Shown here in pieces: positions 1 to 11,758 of a stretch of DNA of 64,000 bases. The notes under the pieces are model-generated. The model did no database searches, was not told the DNA's origin, and saw nothing but the letters and a program-made list of their open reading frames with translations. A program made the translations under genes and the position numbers. The stretch spans positions 11,408,001 through 11,472,000 of the forward strand of contig NW_025963802.1 of assembly GCF_023055435.1 (NCBI RefSeq), written 5' to 3'. Source of the DNA: Haliotis rufescens. Taxonomy: Eukaryota. Within the stretch, counting starts at the first letter, position 1, and every line of letters starts with the position of its first letter.

Positions 1-285
1 GTCATACCAAAAGATGGTACTTGTTGTTACCCTGTCTGGCGCTCGACATTAAGAGGCTAAAACAAGGACTGGTCGGCTCGGAGTCAGTATACTGTGTCTG
101 AGTGGGGTATTCATGTTAAACTGCGGCATGGTATCTCAGTGAGCTAGCACTATAAATCGGCATCAGTCCGGACTAGTACATGTACAAGCAGCCACACACA
201 CACACACACGTGCATGCACGTCGCTATATAAGTGCAATAATCTTGGACGCGACGTTAAACCCAATTTCACCTCACCTCACCTCAC
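1..285 (+). mobile_element. SINE (MESC/Meta-domain-like), cut by window start
   Basis: Core 'aagatggtacttgttg...ggcgctc...aacaaggactggtcggctcggagtcag', tail 'gacgttaaacccaatt(tcacc)n'; inverted copy at ~35977-36375. Family name is from recall. Confidence 0.7.
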
Positions 286-925
286 CGTCTAAGACTGTCA
301 GCATCAGACCCGTGCTTGTGGCTTCACCACAGTGGTACACGACTCTCAGGTCAAGGTGACACGTCGTGACATAAATGAAATACTGTTCAACCGGGCTGTG
401 TGTCTTTTGTACGTTAATGAGTGAATAAGTAAAACTATATATTCCGCCACGTTTCCAATGTGGGGACACTGTCAAGGGCTATTGCGAGACGGATCAAAGG
501 TGAAACCACAAAGCTATGGACACGAAAAATTATACTTACACTTGGAGGTCGCAGTAAGATACGAGTGTAGCGATGAACAAATTTTCAAAATTTATATACA
601 TGGAGGAAATCTGGTGATTGATCACAGCTTCCTTTATTATTTTATGGCGCACTAAATGAATTGATCAATCGCTTATTTACGAGTGCCTCCTGGATACAGT
701 TCATTATGCCTCGCTTCCTTGGCCATCGTTTAAAAATAATCGTGCTAGGTAAATGTGCTCTCACGATATGCAGTTACATATTTTGTGATGACATTTAAGT
801 AATTCATACATTTTTAAATAAAACTTGAAAGATGAGTATGTTTATGTAGCTGTTAAATTTATCCTTTGGCGAAATGTGTCTTTTTACTGTTCGTACAAGG
901 TACGAGCTCTCGTACGTCTAATCGA

Positions 926-1097
926 GGGGCGGTTGGGTAGCCTAGTGGTTAAAGCATTCGCTCGTCACGCCGAAGGTCCGGGTACGATTCCCAACATGGG
1001 TACAATGTGTGAAGCCCACTGCTGGTGTCCCCCGCCGTCATATTCCTGGAATATTGCTAGGAACGGCGTAAAACCATACTCACTCACTCACTCACTC
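926..1097 (+). mobile_element. short tRNA-derived SINE with (CACT)n tail
   Basis: A box 'tagcctagtggttaa', B-box-like 'ggtacgattccc', tail 'cggcgtaaaaccata(ctca)n'; several copies in window. Confidence 0.85.
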
Positions 1098-1359
1098 ATG
1101 TTTGTAATCAACAATAGTAAATGCAGAAGCATTTTACCAAACTAACGAAGGACATCGACTTGAGTTAAATCTAACCATTGAGGAATTTTTGTTATGATGT
1201 CATTTTTGTTCTGGTGGTGGGTTTGACATTTTCGTTGTGTAAATAAGATTCGTCTACTGTTGCCTTTTGGTACCACTTTAAATGATTGAAATATGATGGC
1301 AGATTGCAATCCTTGAAGTAAAACTCACAAACTTCACTCCATGCTACCATGCAAAGTGA

Positions 1360-1632
1360 CCCATGAAGATCCGGGGTAGAATAGGTCTTCAACAACCCAA
1401 GCTTGCCGTAAATGGCGACTGTGCTTGTCGTAAGAGGTGACTAACGGGATCAGGTAGTCAGGCTCGCTGACTTGGTTGATGCATATTATCGTATCCCAAT
1501 TGCGTGGACCGATGCTTATGATATCAATCACTGGATTGTCTGGTCCAGACTCGATTATTTTCAGACCGCCGTCATATAGCTGGGTATAGCAATATTGCTG
1601 AGTGCGGCGTTAAACAACAAACAAACCAAACC
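1360..1632 (+). mobile_element. SINE (Nin/Deu-domain-like family, (CAAA)n tail)
   Basis: 'gaagatccgggg...gtcgtaagagg.gactaacgggatc...gactcgattattt...gctgagtgcggcgttaaacaacaaac'; more than 10 copies in window. Confidence 0.8.
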
Positions 1633-1774
1633 ATGCGAAGTGGCTTTGTTGTCCGTGTCTGAATTCAGCATTTTCCGGACGTTTCCGGAGCAGAACTAAA
1701 TATATATTCTAAAGCATTTATGGAAACCTTTTAACTTAAAGAGTCTGGTGATGTTTATTGTTATCTTATCGTCA

Positions 1775-1928
1775 GCACTCCATGCTTGTAAGAGGCGACT
1801 AAAGAGATCAGGTTGTGAGATACGACTTGGTCGATACGTGTCATCGTATCCTCATCGAAGCTCATGATGTCAATCACTGGATTGTCTCGAATATTGTGTG
1901 TGGCGTCTCAAAACAAACAAACAAAACA
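1775..1928 (+). mobile_element. degenerate copy of the Nin-like SINE
   Basis: 'gtaagaggcgactaaagagatcagg...caatcactggattgtc...ggcgtctcaaaacaaacaaac'. Confidence 0.7.
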
Positions 1929-2073
1929 ATTGTGCATGTGAATCATGAACTAACGAAAGAAACTTGAGCGTTCACTTGTTTACTTCACTACTTATAACTT
2001 AAACACCCTTTATCATCATATATTTATTGAAATAATGGCATTACTGTGAATGCACCTGAGGTTATTTATTCAG

Positions 2074-2160
2074 AGTATTCTCCAGAGCTTTCTGAGTACA
2101 GTTTTCTCGATGCACAACAAACCACAACTATTAAACAGATAAATATTCAGGATGTGTCGG
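2074..2160 (+). CDS. putative internal exon of an unidentified gene (EYSPELSEYSFLDAQQTTTIKQINIQDVSG)
   Basis: ttattcag| acceptor, G|GTGCGT donor, 87 nt, phase 1-1, in frame with exon 2653-2912. Confidence 0.4.
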
Positions 2161-2199
2161 GTGCGTCTCTTTGTCGCCCCAGGACTTGTCGGACTTGTC

Positions 2200-2522
2200 G
2201 GGGGTTCGAATCCCGAAATCATCTGATGTTATCTTAAAGAGTCGCACTTCTTCAATTATGCATGTGTCCCGTGAAGATCCGGGTTAGAATTGATCTATCT
2301 TCAGCACGCTATGTTTGTTGTAGGCGACTAAAGGGATCAAACGGTGAGGTTAGGGGGTTCGAATCCCGAAATAATCTGTTGTTATCTTCGAGTCGCACTT
2401 ATTCAATTATGCATGTGTCCCGTGAAGATCCGGGTTTTAATTGATCTTCAGCACCCTATGTTTGTTGTAAGAGGCGACTAAAGGGATCAGGTGATGAGGT
2501 TCGGGGGTTCGAATCCCGAATT
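2200..2522 (+). repeat. ~152-bp tandem repeat (about 2.1 units) of a SINE head/core fragment
   Basis: 'ggggttcgaatcccgaa' recurs at ~2201, ~2354 and ~2504, with 'cccgtgaagatccggg' in each full unit. Confidence 0.75.
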
Positions 2523-2652
2523 ACCCGATGATGATTCTTGACCCTACAACTGCCCGGGGGTTTCACTGTTAAGTGTTACGTCTACGACCCTAAGGGTACT
2601 GATCACACCACTCAGTCAGTCCTTTCATTTTTATCACTTCATGTCTTTCAAG

Positions 2653-2912
2653 GAGCGATGCTTAATACAAATATGTATGTTGCCGAACTTGAACATGAAT
2701 TGACCCGAGTCGTAAACAGATTACCTGACATGATCGAGAAATTAGCAATAGAAACAGAGTGCAGCTCAAGGCAATTCCTCCGAACACTAAGTTATATCGC
2801 GTATAAACTGCCAACGCATGCAACTCGATATGCCCTCAAGGAGATATTACATGTACTTGGGTGCATCATCGCCATGTTGAATAATCCAGGTGAATCTAAC
2901 AAAAGATGTTGA
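2653..2912 (+). CDS. putative terminal exon of an unidentified gene (GAMLNTNMYVAELEHELTRVVNRLPDMIEKL...NKRC*)
   Basis: Pyrimidine tract plus ttcaag| acceptor in phase 1, protein-like helical ORF, stop at 2912, AATAAA at ~2937. Confidence 0.45.
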
Positions 2913-3390
2913 CATGCACAGTTTCACCTAAGGTAAAATAAACGCTAACACACATTGCATAGGCAATACACGTGACACAAGCAATTTCATGCAAAAAAAC
3001 ACTTATTATTCTCGTTTGTTCGATATCCCATGACATCGCAGACAGACACAATTTTAGTTTCCTCGTCATATTGAACAAACCTGAATTAAAGGCGAGTGAA
3101 CTGAGGCAGTAATCTTTTATTACTGATAATTATGTTATCCATTCTTTTGTGTAATACACTGCTTTGTGGTGACACATAGTTTCAGATTGCCGCCTTTCAT
3201 TTTATCTTTCATATATTCTAACATTTGTTTTAGCAATGAATAGATAGTTGAAATAACATATTATGTTTATATTTCACCAACAAAGACACATCTTCATCAC
3301 CAACCGGTGGGACAGCCTCCATGGCGCTTTCTTTATGTCCATTTCCTGGACGTCATCTAACCTTTCATAGACTGATTATCTCTCGAAAAA

Positions 3391-3558
3391 GGGGCGGTCG
3401 GGTAGCCTAGTGGTTAAAGCGTTCGCTCATCACGCCGAAGACCCGGGTTCGATTCCCGACATAGGTACAATGTGTGAAGCCCATTTCTGGTGTCCCCCGC
3501 CGTGATATTGCTGGAATATTGCTAAAAGCGGCGTAAAACCAAACTCACTCACTCACTC
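3391..3558 (+). mobile_element. full-length short tRNA-derived SINE with TSD
   Basis: A/B boxes (ggttcgattccc), (CACT)n tail, flanking direct repeat 'tctcgaaaaa'. Confidence 0.9.
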
Positions 3559-3781
3559 TCTCGAAAAAAGGAAACATATATGATTGTATAAAAGCTCAGA
3601 CGCAAATTTGCAACAAGGGCACGCACGCTGAAGTCACCAATAGCCTGGGAATAATCACATCTACATGTATGTTACCTTAACACAAGCTTTGCACATGGTA
3701 TGTTGAGAAAAAAGGCTCACTCGTCTTTGAACGTTCTCCCTTCGAGCACAGTGGTAGTGTTGCCTTGTTTGGACTGGATAA

Positions 3782-3944
3782 CTGAGGGAGTATGGTTTTA
3801 CGCCGCTTTTTGTGCAATATTCCAGCAACATCAAGGCGGGGCACAAGAGAAATGGGCTTCACACATTGCACCAATGTGGGGAATCGAACCCGGGTCTTCG
3901 GGATAAAGAGCGAACGCTTAACAATTTGGTTACCCATCGCCCCA
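3782..3944 (-). mobile_element. short tRNA-derived SINE, reverse copy
   Basis: Reverse complement of the 3391-3558 family ('gggaatcgaacccgggtcttcg'). Confidence 0.85.
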
Positions 3945-6221
3945 CTTGAACTGGAGTGAAGAATAGGTAATAATATTTACCTAACACCACATCGATCCCA
4001 TAATAGTCTTTCAAACTGTATAACTAACTATAGGAAGGCATGTTTGCATCAATTGGCTGCACGTTGTGGTGAATTTGGATCATTATAATTTATGGAATGC
4101 ATTATATAAAGCAATGAGATAAAAGACAAGCTTTTAGTTATGATCAGCAGTCATTGCGTTACGTTGACTGGTTAAAGATTGTAACCTCCTTTCAACAGAT
4201 CCAGCCAGAATAACACTGTCTGATTTGCACAGATCTACTCTACCTTTGGGCACTTGTTGAATACACCACAATTCGTCTCCAACTGTCAAAGGCAACTGCA
4301 GCAGTTGGCCAATTAGAAATTACTTTTTTAGTTCCATTAAGGCATACTGACTAAACCGCCTGGTCTTTGGTGGGACATCCGCTGTTGTGAACCACGCAGT
4401 CTTTCTTTAGACGAAAAAATGCCGATTTTGGGGAGGTGGGACATTAGACGTCCACACCTGTCGTTGTAACGCATGAAGACGTGTAAGCGAAGTCCACTGT
4501 GGTATGAGAACAAACAACAGTATTCCAGAACTGGATTTTAAAAATAAACAACCGTTTTGGTTGTTTTTTTCAACAGGTTTTGATCAAGGATATTCGATAT
4601 CAACCACTGAGTCTGAACTATTAACCCTTATACCCTGTCTATTTGTTGTTTCGCAGTCATCCCTAGTTTATGATATATGTAATCCACCCGTCCTCTTCTC
4701 CCATAGATATCATAGGATGCCCGTGCGAGTAGTATACAGCGGCAGGAACCATTCCCATTCACAATGTGGACTGCCAAGCACCTCTGTACAAGACTACATT
4801 CAGTCAGGCAATGGATGTTGCTTCTTGTAATCTTCTCCTGAATCACATATTGTTGTGGTCTGACCATCTCGGCAAACGCTCTCCGGCGAGGGCGTGTGAA
4901 GAAACGTACGCCACGACCTGTCATTGGCAAAGTCTTTGAAGATAACTGGATTGAAATATAACCGAACACAAAGACTGAAATGCAACGATGAAATACCATT
5001 TTGCTTCCAGTACCTCTGTAAGGTGTGGAATTTAGGAACAACGTCCAGATCAAAGTCCTAGCCTGTTGGTAGATTGGTATGTGATAGTAGCAAGAGCCCC
5101 ACAGACCCAAAACACAAGGGTCGCCTTAGTGCCACATGTTTTTTCTGGGAATGGCAAGAGAGAGAGAGAGAGAAAGATGGGTCAGAACGCCTCGTGAATG
5201 GCTGAAGATTACGTTTACCCCTACACTATTCAGGTCAAAGTTCAAGGAAACGATATTCTCTTAAAAGGTTTTCATGTATATATCTGCGATATTGAAGTTT
5301 AGTATCTACATATGGATCAATCTGAAAAATGAACTTACTTACGTTATCTTCGGTATAAAATCAATACGTTCTAATTTGTTCCATTTGCAAAGCTAATAGT
5401 GTAATTTCAGAATGATTAAAACTGATAATGAACACTTTTTCGCATCAACATCAAATATAATGGATTTCTTTTCGATTCAATGTAGCACTTAAGAGTTTTT
5501 AATGGGAAGGCCCTTTTATTATATTACTGTTTGATGAGATCCAAATGTGATAAATATATCCTCACGCTTGTCCATTATTCAAAAGGCTGACTTGTCACAG
5601 CGAAACAATTTGCTTACGATGGCGTTATAGCCAAAACTCCCCATCAATATAATTCTTGCCGCGACAATGGCAGAATGTCTTCTTGCACAAGCAGTACTCG
5701 TGTAATGTGCTGTACATGTATATGGGCCTGAGACATTTATGCAAATTAACTTCTTCCAGTGAGGTCACAATTGTACCGGTAGGTAAGATGACGTTGTGCA
5801 TGACCTGATAGATACTCTTTAATGATGCACGGCACAGCATCACAGCACGACATACAGGTCCATATTTTGTGATGACATTTAATTTAAATATCCGTACATT
5901 TTCAAAACGTGAAAGGATGATTATGTTTATGTGGCTTTTGCATTTACTTTTTGAGAAATCCTTCATTTTACTGTTACAAGGGTTCAGTCGTAGGTTCTGA
6001 TTGTGGTAAGATTGTACTCTCATATTTCTAATCGACCAACCAGAGTACATGTAATTTAACCGTTATTTAACTACCGAAGTGCATCATAGTTTCATCTAAC
6101 CATTGAGGGTTTTTTAAGGATATTCTTATTTGGCTCTAGTGGTGGCGTTTGTACATTTAGATTGATGTCGTGGTGCCTTCAGATGCGTCTGGTAAAACCG
6201 TTTGTTATATACGTGGTTATT

Positions 6222-6448
6222 TACTTGCCGACTATGCTTGTCGTCAGAGGCGACTAGTGGGATCGGGTGATCAGGGCTGCTGACTTGGTTGATGCATGTC
6301 ATCGTATGTAAATTGCGTGGATCGATGCACATGATATCAATCACTGGATTATCTGGTCCAGACTCGATTATTTACAGAACGCCGTCATGTAGCTGGAATA
6401 TTGCTGAGTGCGGCGTTGATCAACAAACAAACAAACAAACAAACAAAC
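6222..6448 (+). mobile_element. Nin-like SINE copy
   Basis: Same core and (AAAC)n tail as 1360-1632. Confidence 0.8.
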
Positions 6449-6649
6449 ACAACCGTGTAATTATGCAAGTTATACCTTCTCTCCAGCGTGCGGCGTTAAA
6501 CAAGAAACAGCTCTGCAGCAGAAGACTGTCCTTATTGACACTCCATGATGGTGGAGAAGAGGGGTGCTGAATCATTTTCCTTTCGACATGGTTTCCTAAC
6601 ACCCTGGGTCAAAACCGAAGACTCATAGATACTGACACTACAAGATTTA

Positions 6650-7030
6650 TTTTTAGATCGTACTCCCATCAAGGCAGAAGAAGAGGACAAATTACTTGGT
6701 CTCATATTTGACATTCTTACCACACATCAAATATCTTAAGGCAAACTGCCTGAAGGCTCTCGACTTGTTAAAAGTCGTTTCAAACTCCGAATGTGGAGGC
6801 GATCAGACAGCCCTCCTCCACTTGTACAGGTCATTAATACACACTAAGTTAGATTATGCTTCCTTTGTCTATGGCGGAGCCTGCAAACGCAATTTATTTA
6901 AAAATAGGCCTTTATGGTGTGTAACGTCTAAGGCTCTGTCTTGCAGCTTTGAGGACCTCTCCTGTGGATAGTTTGCATGTGGAAGCTGATGAACCTTCCC
7001 TCGAACAACACCGCATTAAACTATCACTGC
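6650..7030 (+). mobile_element. degenerate LINE ORF2 fragment (I/Nimb-clade-like, RT thumb region)
   Basis: Translation LGLIFD...TFLPHIKYLKANCLKALDLLKVVSNSECGGDQTALLHLYRSLIHTKLDYASFVYG is typical of I-clade ORF2; frameshifted. Confidence 0.75.
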
Positions 7031-7109
7031 ATTGCATTCCAATCAATCACTTGTGTTTTCAGCCCTCTGTAAATACATGTTCATCGTCTGTGAGTACTGG
7101 ATCGTGATT

Positions 7110-7545
7110 TGTTGGTGCTGGTCAGTGATCTGTGGGTACTGGTCACTGCTCTGTTGGTGCTGGTTCACGACCTGTTTGTGCAGGTTCGTGGTCTGTTGGT
7201 GCTGGTGCACGATTTGTCGGTGCAGGTTTTCGTGGTCTGTTGGTGCACGACCTGTCGGTGCAGGTTCGTGGACTGTTGGTGCTGGTGCACGATTTGTCGG
7301 TGCAGGTTCGTTGTCTGTTGGTGCTGGTTCACGACCTGTTGGCGCAGGTTCGTTGTCTGTTGGTGCTGGTTCACGACCTGTTGGTGCATGTTCGTAGTCT
7401 GTTGGCGCTTGTACATGGTCTGTTGGTGCTGGTTCACGACCTGTCGGTGCAGGTTCGTGGTCTGTTGGTGCTGGTTCACGACCTGTCGGTGCAGGTTCGT
7501 GGTCTGTTGGTGCAGGTTCGTGTTCTGTTTGTGCTGGTCCACGAT
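7110..7545. repeat. minisatellite, 42-bp unit made of two 21-bp subunits
   Basis: Unit gttggtgctggttcacgacctgtcggtgcaggttcgtggtct, about 10 copies. Confidence 0.9.
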
Positions 7546-9027
7546 GTCTTGTATTTTCTTAAGCTGTGGCGGATTTCATTTACGCCCTATCAACATTCAT
7601 TGATCACATTCATTCGTTTAACACATTTCTGCTTCTTTACATTACACAATTGTTAACGATTAATGTATTAAATTAAACACTTAATGAACACCTAGTTCTT
7701 TGCGTTATTTGACCTGCGATCAGAATGTCCACTCCACTGAGTTGTCTAAAAGTGATATGACTTAAAGTGACTTTCCAATATCCCCTGAAAGCACTAGCTT
7801 TAGAGTTGAAGGATTTTATGTGCCGGTGTCATGCTATTTACTTGGAAATACCACCAAACACGAATACGCATTTTTTAAGGATAAAATGATTTGTTTACAA
7901 AAATCCGATATCAAGTCTGAAATATCTATTATTATTCATTATTTTTCATTTTCTATTGATAATATTAAAATACAATCCTCGTGACTGACGTAATGCCCAG
8001 TTTAATTGACAAAGATGTTGCGCGACCATTTGATGTATTTGGAATGAAGTTAACTAGATGTGTAATTTCGTTTACACGATGCGAGTAGTTCTGCGTTCTG
8101 TGGTTCTGCGCATGCGCGAAGAGGGCATTGTGGGTAATGCGTGCGCATCCAAGATGGCGGCACTTCCATTTTCTGGGAGGCTTGCGCCTCAAAGATGGCG
8201 GCACGTCCGGTTCCGAGGGGCCATCTCCCATCCAAGATGGCGGCACGGTCCCTCCAAGATGGCGGGAAGGCGGTAGGGCGGAGGGTTTTTTGGTTTGGTG
8301 GACGGGTGGTTGGGTGGGTGGTGAAGAGGGGGCGTGTGCGCATCCAAGGTGGCGGCACTTCCGGTTCTGGTTGTGCGTGCGCACACAAGATGGCGGCACT
8401 TCCGTTTTTCGTTTTCTTGCAACAAAATTCCACAAATGACATCATCGGGTATTATGATGTGATTGTAAACTTTGAGGTGCAAGGTCTCGTTCCACAAGGC
8501 GATCGTATTGTAGCGCAATGACAGTCGTTCGTCTAAGTTAAAGTATGTGAGTGGCGATCACCTTAGCGCTACGATCATGTTGTGGAACGGACGCCTGAAT
8601 TCTAATTGTGAATCGACATGCACAGACATGCGTGACGTTGTCACTCGCTCATCCATGCCGAGGTGTTGGCACTCGTGTCTCCTTGCAAAACGTGGTGCCA
8701 CGCGTGACTACAAACAGACGATCGATAAACATGCGTGACGTTGTCACACGTTCATCCACGCCGAGGAGTAGGCACTCGTGTATGCCTACATGCGTTCTGT
8801 CACTCGTGTCTCCATGCAAACGTGATGTACTTCGTGTCTCCATGCAAACGTAGTGTCACGCGTGTCTCCATGCAAACGTGGTGTCATGTGTGTCTTCAAA
8901 CAGACGTTTATAAATATTATTATTTATAATAAAATATTATTTATATTTATAACGATAGAGAGAGATCGATTGACATACGTGGTGTTTTACTCGTGTCTCC
9001 ATGCAAACGTGATGCCACTCGTGTACA

Positions 9028-9093
9028 CATACATACATACATACATACATACATACATACATACATACATACATACATACATACATACATACA
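9028..9093 (+). repeat. (TACA)n microsatellite inside left TIR
   Basis: About 16 TACA units; the mirror position in the right TIR is an N gap. Confidence 0.95.
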
Positions 9094-9277
9094 TAGAGGC
9101 GTGGTGTCACTCGTAGGCGTGTACCTTCAAGAGAACGGGGAGTGTGGGGGTTCTTTTGGATTGTTGTTTGTGTTGGCAAAGCAAAGGATCAAAGCGTTCT
9201 TTCGGGGGAGATGGGTGGCCCTGAATAGGGCCGTTGGAAACAAACTGGAAACAAGCTGGACGAGGTTTGTCTCTGTT

Positions 9278-9520
9278 TTACATTACTTTCCTTGATCTCG
9301 ATACTAGATAAGAATACGGACCACTCCAACAGTCGGGTACGTCAATTCCGCGTTGAATAGTTCGTTGTAATGCTGCAATAGCCTCTGACGTGTTCTTAAA
9401 CCAGTGCGGGCTCTGCGATAAGATCGTCTCCGATTCATCATGTGAGTAGGCCACTATTGTCCAGTTATACACTTTACTCATCCACGGACATTGTTGACTG
9501 TTGGTCTGAGACAGCTGCAT
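9278..9520 (-). CDS. small ORF of unknown function retained in the Polinton-like element
   Basis: 80 aa (KVYNWTIVAYSHDESETILSQSPHWFKNTSEAIAALQRTIQRGIDVPDCWSGP), preceded on the minus strand by CCAAT (9626-9630) and TATAAAA (9592-9598). Confidence 0.4.
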   Translation of the reverse strand: MQLSQTNSQQCPWMSKVYNWTIVAYSHDESETILSQSPHWFKNTSEAIAALQRTIQRGIDVPDCWSGPYSYLVSRSRKVM

Positions 9521-9699
9521 CGAGACGACATGGTTGATCTCTCATGCAGTGCTCGGACAGTGACGGTGTTCGTGGCTTCGCTCATTTTTATTTTTATAGG
9601 AGAGGCACTGAAACCCTGCTTCCTGATTGGTCGAAAACGCAGCACGCCGATGGGTCCGTTCCGGCGCCTGGTCTGAGCCTCGGTTTTGCCTCAGTTTTA

Positions 9700-11060
9700 A
9701 GACTGACTGTACATCCCTGTAAGGCTGACTCTACATCCATAGTGATTTAAACATAATTATAAAACTGATTGATCACTGATGTGCGACTGACAGTACGCTC
9801 AGGTAATGCTGCCGGTAACCTACTACGGTTGGATTAACTTACATCAACTGACTGTACAACCCTTGAGACTGACTGTATACCCCGTAAGACTGACTATACA
9901 CCCATATAAGGCTGACTGCACACCCATGTAGGGCTGACTGTACACCCCCTGTACGACTGAGTGTACACCCCTTAAGAACAACAGTACAACCCTGAAAGAC
10001 TGACTGTACACCCATGTGAGACTGACTGTACACCTATGTAAGACTGACTGTACACCCATGTAAGACTGTCTGTACAACTCTGTAAGACTGACTGTACACA
10101 CATGTAAGACTGACTGTACACCCATGTAAGGCTGACTGTACGTCCATATTGACTAAAACATAATTATAAAACTGATTGATCACTGATCGAGAGGGGCGCC
10201 CTCATTTGACATTGCCATAAGTACTTCCTTACTGATAATATAACGGTGAGGAAGTACGTATATTACATACTTCCTAAATGATAATTTACGTACTTCCTGA
10301 CTGTTATATTATCTCGTGCCCTATCTCATTCAATCAGATCTTAGTATTCGCTACTGGTTGGCCAAGCTATGAGGACATCCCAGTTACGGCTATAATTATA
10401 AAACTGATTGATCACTGATGTGCGACTGACAGTACGCTCAGGTAATGCTGACTGCACAGATCTGTAAGACTGACTTTACATCCCTTAAGACTAACTGTAC
10501 ACCCATATAAGGCTGACTGTACATCCATGTAAGACTGACTGTACAACCCCGTAAAGCTGACTGTACACCCCTTAAGACTGACAATACACACCTTGTAAGA
10601 ATGACTGTACACCACTGTAAGACTAAGTGTACAACCCTGTAAGACTGACTGTACACCCCTGTAAGACTGATTGTACACCACCACAACCCCGCAAGACTGG
10701 CTGTACAACCCCGTAAAACTGACTGTACAACTCTGTAAGAGTGACTGTACACCACTGTAAGACTAAGTGTACACCACTGTAAGACTGAGTGTACAACCCT
10801 GGAAGACTGAGTGTACAACCCTGTAAGACTAAGTGTACGCCACTGTAAGATTGACTGTACAGTCCTTAAGACTGATTGTACACCACCACAACCCCGCAAG
10901 ACTGGCTGTACAACCCCGTAAAACTGACTGTACAACTCCGTAAGACTGACTGTACACCACTGTAAGACTGAGTGTACAACCCTTGAAGACTAAGTGTACA
11001 CCCCTGTACAACTGACTTACAACCCTGTAAGACTGAGTGTATAACCCCGTAGTACTGAGT
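9700..11060. repeat. ~21-bp minisatellite (gtaagactgactgtacacccc) forming the element core
   Basis: Dozens of degenerate units, interrupted at ~10150-10440. Confidence 0.9.
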
Positions 11061-11411
11061 AAAGTCTATTCCTGGCTTATCACCTGATGAATCGGAGACG
11101 ATCTTATCGCAGAGCCCGCACTGGTTTAAGAACACGTCAGAGGCTATTGCAGCATTACAACGAACTATTCAACGCGGAATTGACGTACCTGACTGTTGGA
11201 GTGGTCCGTATTCTTATCTAGTATCGAGATCAAGGAAAGTAATGTAAAACAGAGACAAACCTCGTCCAGCTTGTTTCCAGTTTGTTTCCAACGGCCCTTA
11301 TGAGGGCCACCCATCTCCCCCGAAAGAACGCTTTGATCCTTTGCTTTGCCAACACAAACAACAATCCAAAAGAACCCACACACTCCCCGTTCTCTTGAAG
11401 GTACACGCCTA

Positions 11412-11758
11412 NNNNNNNNNNNNNNNNNNNNNNNNNNNNNNNNNNNNNNNNNNNNNNNNNNNNNNNNNNNNNNNNNNNNNNNNNNNNNNNNNNNNNNNNN
11501 NNNNNNNNNNNNNNNNNNNNNNNNNNNNNNNNNNNNNNNNNNNNNNNNNNNNNNNNNNNNNNNNNNNNNNNNNNNNNNNNNNNNNNNNNNNNNNNNNNNN
11601 NNNNNNNNNNNNNNNNNNNNNNNNNNNNNNNNNNNNNNNNNNNNNNNNNNNNNNNNNNNNNNNNNNNNNNNNNNNNNNNNNNNNNNNNNNNNNNNNNNNN
11701 NNNNNNNNNNNNNNNNNNNNNNNNNNNNNNNNNNNNNNNNNNNNNNNNNNNNNNNNNN
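11412..11758. other. assembly gap
   Basis: N run; other gaps at 36020-36155 and 51230-51357. Confidence 1.

Noticed and set aside
3391-3460. tRNA-like sequences (also 926, 14813, 31840, 54485)
   Set aside because: They are heads of multicopy SINEs or repeats with tails and TSDs; no complete cloverleaf could be supported
4150-5110. Moderately GC-balanced stretch with ORFs 4504-4830 and 4628-5110
   Set aside because: May be a decayed coding or TE fragment, but no recognisable motif or splice structure could be supported
9700-11060. Regular short repeats resembling a CRISPR array
   Set aside because: Head-to-tail degenerate minisatellite with no unique spacers, no cas genes, in a eukaryotic context
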